Of a stretch of DNA of 32,000 nt, positions 31,054-32,000 are shown one piece after another. The translations under genes were made by a program, and so were the position numbers. The stretch is taken from NCBI GenBank assembly GCA_046497275.1, contig JAWOFX010000035.1, forward strand, positions 5,751 through 37,750, in the 5' to 3' direction. Every line of letters begins with the position of its first letter. Within the stretch, counting starts at the first letter, position 1. The DNA comes from Promethearchaeia archaeon (GTDB lineage: Archaea > Asgardarchaeota > Lokiarchaeia > Sigyniarchaeales > SOKP01). The notes under the pieces were generated by a model. The model saw nothing but the letters and a program-made list of their open reading frames with translations. It ran no database searches and had not been told where the DNA came from.

Positions 31054-32000
31054 TTATGAATTTCTTCTTTTGATGGGATAACCCATTCCTATAATACCAA
31101 CAAGAGAAATGCTGAGAATGACGATTAAATTGTATCCTGGGATAACTCCTCCATTCACAGAAATATCATCACCATCATCCCAAATAGGGTAATTATCTTG
31201 AGCACCTGAGCTACCAGCAATATTATAAGGAATATCCCCAATTCCATCATCGTTGAGATCCACACCTGTATAGTCATCCCAATAATTACCAATGCTTCCG
31301 TTGTCCCAATAATTATCGGTTCCATTATCAACAGCATTTACATCATTATCGATGAAATAATTCATATAAAGCGTATTATTATTGACATTTGCGTCATACA
31401 TATATGCACCATAGCGAAATGATTTTTCAATTTCATTGCTATAGATTTCATTGTCGTGACTATTATCTATTAGGCGGATCCCATCATATGTGGTATTGTA
31501 AATGAAATTGTCAGAGATTTCACAGAAGGCGGTGGTATCTGAAAATATTCCATACTTCGAAGAAGAGTAAATCCTATTTTGAGTAATTATCGAATAATGC
31601 CCATGTCGCAAACTTATCCCGACTTGATTCAATTCAAACGTATTATTATATACTGTTATATGTTCTGTAGCATGGACTCGAATTCCTGCTGAAGAACCAA
31701 GTACCGTGTTATTTGAAAAGGTTGCATAATGGCTTTGGAGCAGATATACTCCAAAAGCTCCCGTTGAATTCGCTATCCAATTATCAATTATTGTATTATG
31801 AGGGCTGTATCTCAGTGAAATCCCAGCATTTTGATTGTCATGCATGATATTTCTTTTTATGGTATTATTATTGCAATGTTCATACAAGATAATGCCGATG
31901 TGGCCATTATTGGAACAATTATTCTCTATAATGAGGGAATTATTGACATGATCCAAACGAATAGCGGCTTTATAATTCGCAGATGAGGCATCATATAATG
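31054..32000 (-). CDS. NosD/CASH-like beta-helix surface protein with Loki-CTERM-like anchor; 5'-truncated by the window edge; paralogue of module 2 of 24916..30579
   Basis: The frame is open to the window end (..LYDASSANYKAAIRLDHVNNSL..); the track's start is an internal TTG. It is closely similar to module 2 (DHVNNSLIxENNCSxNGHIGIILY, WIANSTGxFGVYLLQSHY, QVGISLRHGHYSII). Tail: VIPGYNLIVILSISLVGIIGMGYPIKRRNS. Confidence 0.9.
   Translation of the reverse strand, partial: LYDASSANYKAAIRLDHVNNSLIIENNCSNNGHIGIILYEHCNNNTIKRNIMHDNQNAGISLRYSPHNTIIDNWIANSTGAFGVYLLQSHYATFSNNTVLGSSAGIRVHATEHITVYNNTFELNQVGISLRHGHYSIITQNRIYSSSKYGIFSDTTAFCEISDNFIYNTTYDGIRLIDNSHDNEIYSNEIEKSFRYGAYMYDANVNNNTLYMNYFIDNDVNAVDNGTDNYWDNGSIGNYWDDYTGVDLNDDGIGDIPYNIAGSSGAQDNYPIWDDGDDISVNGGVIPGYNLIVILSISLVGIIGMGYPIKRRNS

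Noticed and set aside
24409-31337. Short ORFs within the UbiA and beta-helix genes (24409..24606, 25192..25386, 25826..26059, 27807..28010, 28855..29043, 29544..29801, 29833..30033, 30389..30583, 31155..31337)
   Set aside because: They are by-products of repetitive Asn/Ile-rich coding sequence in other frames or strands.
28850-31820. Diversity-generating retroelement (TR/VR) interpretation
   Set aside because: Mismatches are not restricted to adenines on one strand, they are synonymous, the match is under 30 nt, and no reverse transcriptase is in the window.
24916-32000. Calling the beta-helix proteins NosD of nitrous-oxide reductase
   Set aside because: No nos genes are present; the similarity is only to the generic CASH/NosD beta-helix fold.

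Overview
AT-rich prokaryotic window, inferred to come from an Asgard archaeon (Lokiarchaeia-like). The basis is two Loki-CTERM-like C-termini (IPG[F/Y] + hydrophobic helix + basic tail), oligo-T terminators and the gene repertoire. It holds 21 supported CDSs; I saw no rRNA, tRNA, CRISPR array or transposase. The left part (1-14.8 kb) is metabolic: NDP-forming acyl-CoA synthetase alpha subunit, methyltransferase, membrane left-handed beta-helix (LbH) protein, NIPA/DMT transporter, LacZ-type GH2 beta-galactosidase, MFS transporter, three alpha/beta hydrolases, AmmeMemoRadiSam radical SAM enzyme and a CocE/NonD hydrolase. The middle holds a CbbQ/NorQ-type MoxR AAA+ ATPase with an atypical Walker B (NE instead of DE) and an extra C-terminal domain, next to an HExxH/acidic-linker/VWA protein. 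It also holds a tandem pair of CCG-domain Fe-S proteins with asymmetric cysteine loss and a convergent pair of divergent UbiA prenyltransferase paralogues. The right part encodes a 1887-aa modular beta-helix (NosD/CASH-like) surface protein and the 3' end of a paralogue. The most unusual observation lies between these two genes: a non-coding 26-bp tandem repeat built on a TGAG-N8-CTCA palindrome. It matches the same codons (SLRYSP[Q/H]N) inside both flanking genes; one copy matches 21/21 nt and the remaining mismatches are synonymous. All product calls rest on motif recognition, not database searches.
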